A stretch of 64,000 nucleotides of DNA from an uncultured Chloroflexia bacterium (lineage in GTDB: Bacteria; Chloroflexota; Limnocylindria; QHBO01), in the NCBI GenBank assembly GCA_963827475.1, contig CAWHAZ010000005.1:192001-256000 (forward strand), read 5' to 3'. The position numbers and the translations under genes were made by a program. Below, piece by piece: positions 63,219-64,000 of the stretch. Each line of letters opens with the position of its first letter. The stretch's first letter is position 1. Below the pieces are notes generated by a model. The model was not told the origin of the DNA and did not search any database. It saw only the letters and a program-made list of their open reading frames with translations.

Positions 63219-64000
63219 ATGCAGATCGTCCCGCAGCTGATCGGCTACCCCCGGATCGGGCCCAACCGCGAGCTCAAGTGGGCGCTGGAGCGCAACTGGG
63301 CCGGGCGGTCGGACCGCGCCGCCCTCGATGCCCAGGTTGCCGAGCTGCGCGCGGCCCACCTCGCCGAGCAGCGCGAGCTGACCGGCACGGCAGTGGACGA
63401 CTTCTTCCTGTACGACGAGGCGCTGGAGACCGGGCTCATGCTGGGCATCGCGCCCGAGGAGCTCGCCAGCCAGCTTGCCACCGACCCGTTCGCCGTGCTC
63501 ACGATCCTCTCCCGCGGCAGCGCTGACCGCGAGGCGTGGGAGATGACGAAGTGGTTCGACACCAACTACCACATGGTCGTGCCCGAGGCGGACCGGCCGG
63601 TGACCGAGCTGCGCCCCCTGCCCTGGCGCGAGCCGACCGGCGATGGCGCGATCTGGCCCATCCTCGGCCCGTACTCCCTTGCCCGCCTGGCGAAGGTCGC
63701 CCCCGGGCTCGATCGCGCCGAGCTGGCGGCCTCGGCAGGGGCGGCCACCTGGCGCTGGGTACGCGCGCAGGCCGCACGCGACCCCGGATTCCGTCTCCAG
63801 ATCGACGAGCCGTGCCTTGGCCTGGTCCTGACCGATGACGACCGCCGCCTCCGGGATGCGGCCTACGCCGACGCCGCGCTCGGGTTGACCGAGACGCCGA
63901 TCGTGACTGTCCAGTTCGGCGAGGCCGATTCGGACAGCATCGAGATGCTCGGCGGACTCGGGTTCGCGGTCCAGGTGCCGCTGGCCTCGCTGCCGCAGCT
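63219..64000 (+). CDS. metE: Cobalamin-independent methionine synthase, N-terminal part (runs off the window)
   Basis: MQIVPQLIGYPRIGPNRELKWALE, EMTKWFDTNYH, QIDEP. Confidence 0.88.
   Translation, partial: MQIVPQLIGYPRIGPNRELKWALERNWAGRSDRAALDAQVAELRAAHLAEQRELTGTAVDDFFLYDEALETGLMLGIAPEELASQLATDPFAVLTILSRGSADREAWEMTKWFDTNYHMVVPEADRPVTELRPLPWREPTGDGAIWPILGPYSLARLAKVAPGLDRAELAASAGAATWRWVRAQAARDPGFRLQIDEPCLGLVLTDDDRRLRDAAYADAALGLTETPIVTVQFGEADSDSIEMLGGLGFAVQVPLASLPQ

Overview
High-GC bacterial chromosomal window. The gene set (CxxC-x17-CxxC zinc ribbon, GuaB3, UPF0182, GlgE, LCP ligases, 'RLLDTR' surface repeats) suggests a monoderm such as Chloroflexota; this is inference, not a database result. 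Scattered 1-nt frameshifts, even in glnA, point to an unpolished long-read assembly. 0-20 kb is housekeeping and signalling: guaB3-guaA, UPF0182, zinc-ribbon membrane proteins, GGDEF/HD-GYP, CPBP protease, RadC, PQQ-type dehydrogenase, glgE, holin-phosphodiesterase fusion, mreBC. 20.6-25.9 kb holds two secreted proteins (putative His/Cys protease+PKD, and GH18), each ending in three ~120-aa repeats. 26-62 kb is a surface-glycan region interleaved with rph, rdgB, PPIase, mazG, tRNA-Pro, a PLP lyase, PucR-glnA and ppa. It encodes a WbpD/I/E/B/A-like 2,3-diacetamido-uronate pathway, a Bordetella wbm-like module (WbmF, one WbmG/H-like SDR, amidotransferase, methyltransferase, Wzm), three paralogous unassigned GT-like proteins, an O-antigen-ligase-family protein and two LCP proteins. 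The window ends with metK and metE. The best leads are the wbm-like glycan system in an apparent monoderm, a PucR-type operator before a canonical glnA, CTG starts at CTGA overlaps, and a structured ~150-nt intergenic element. No CRISPR array, transposase or prophage was seen.
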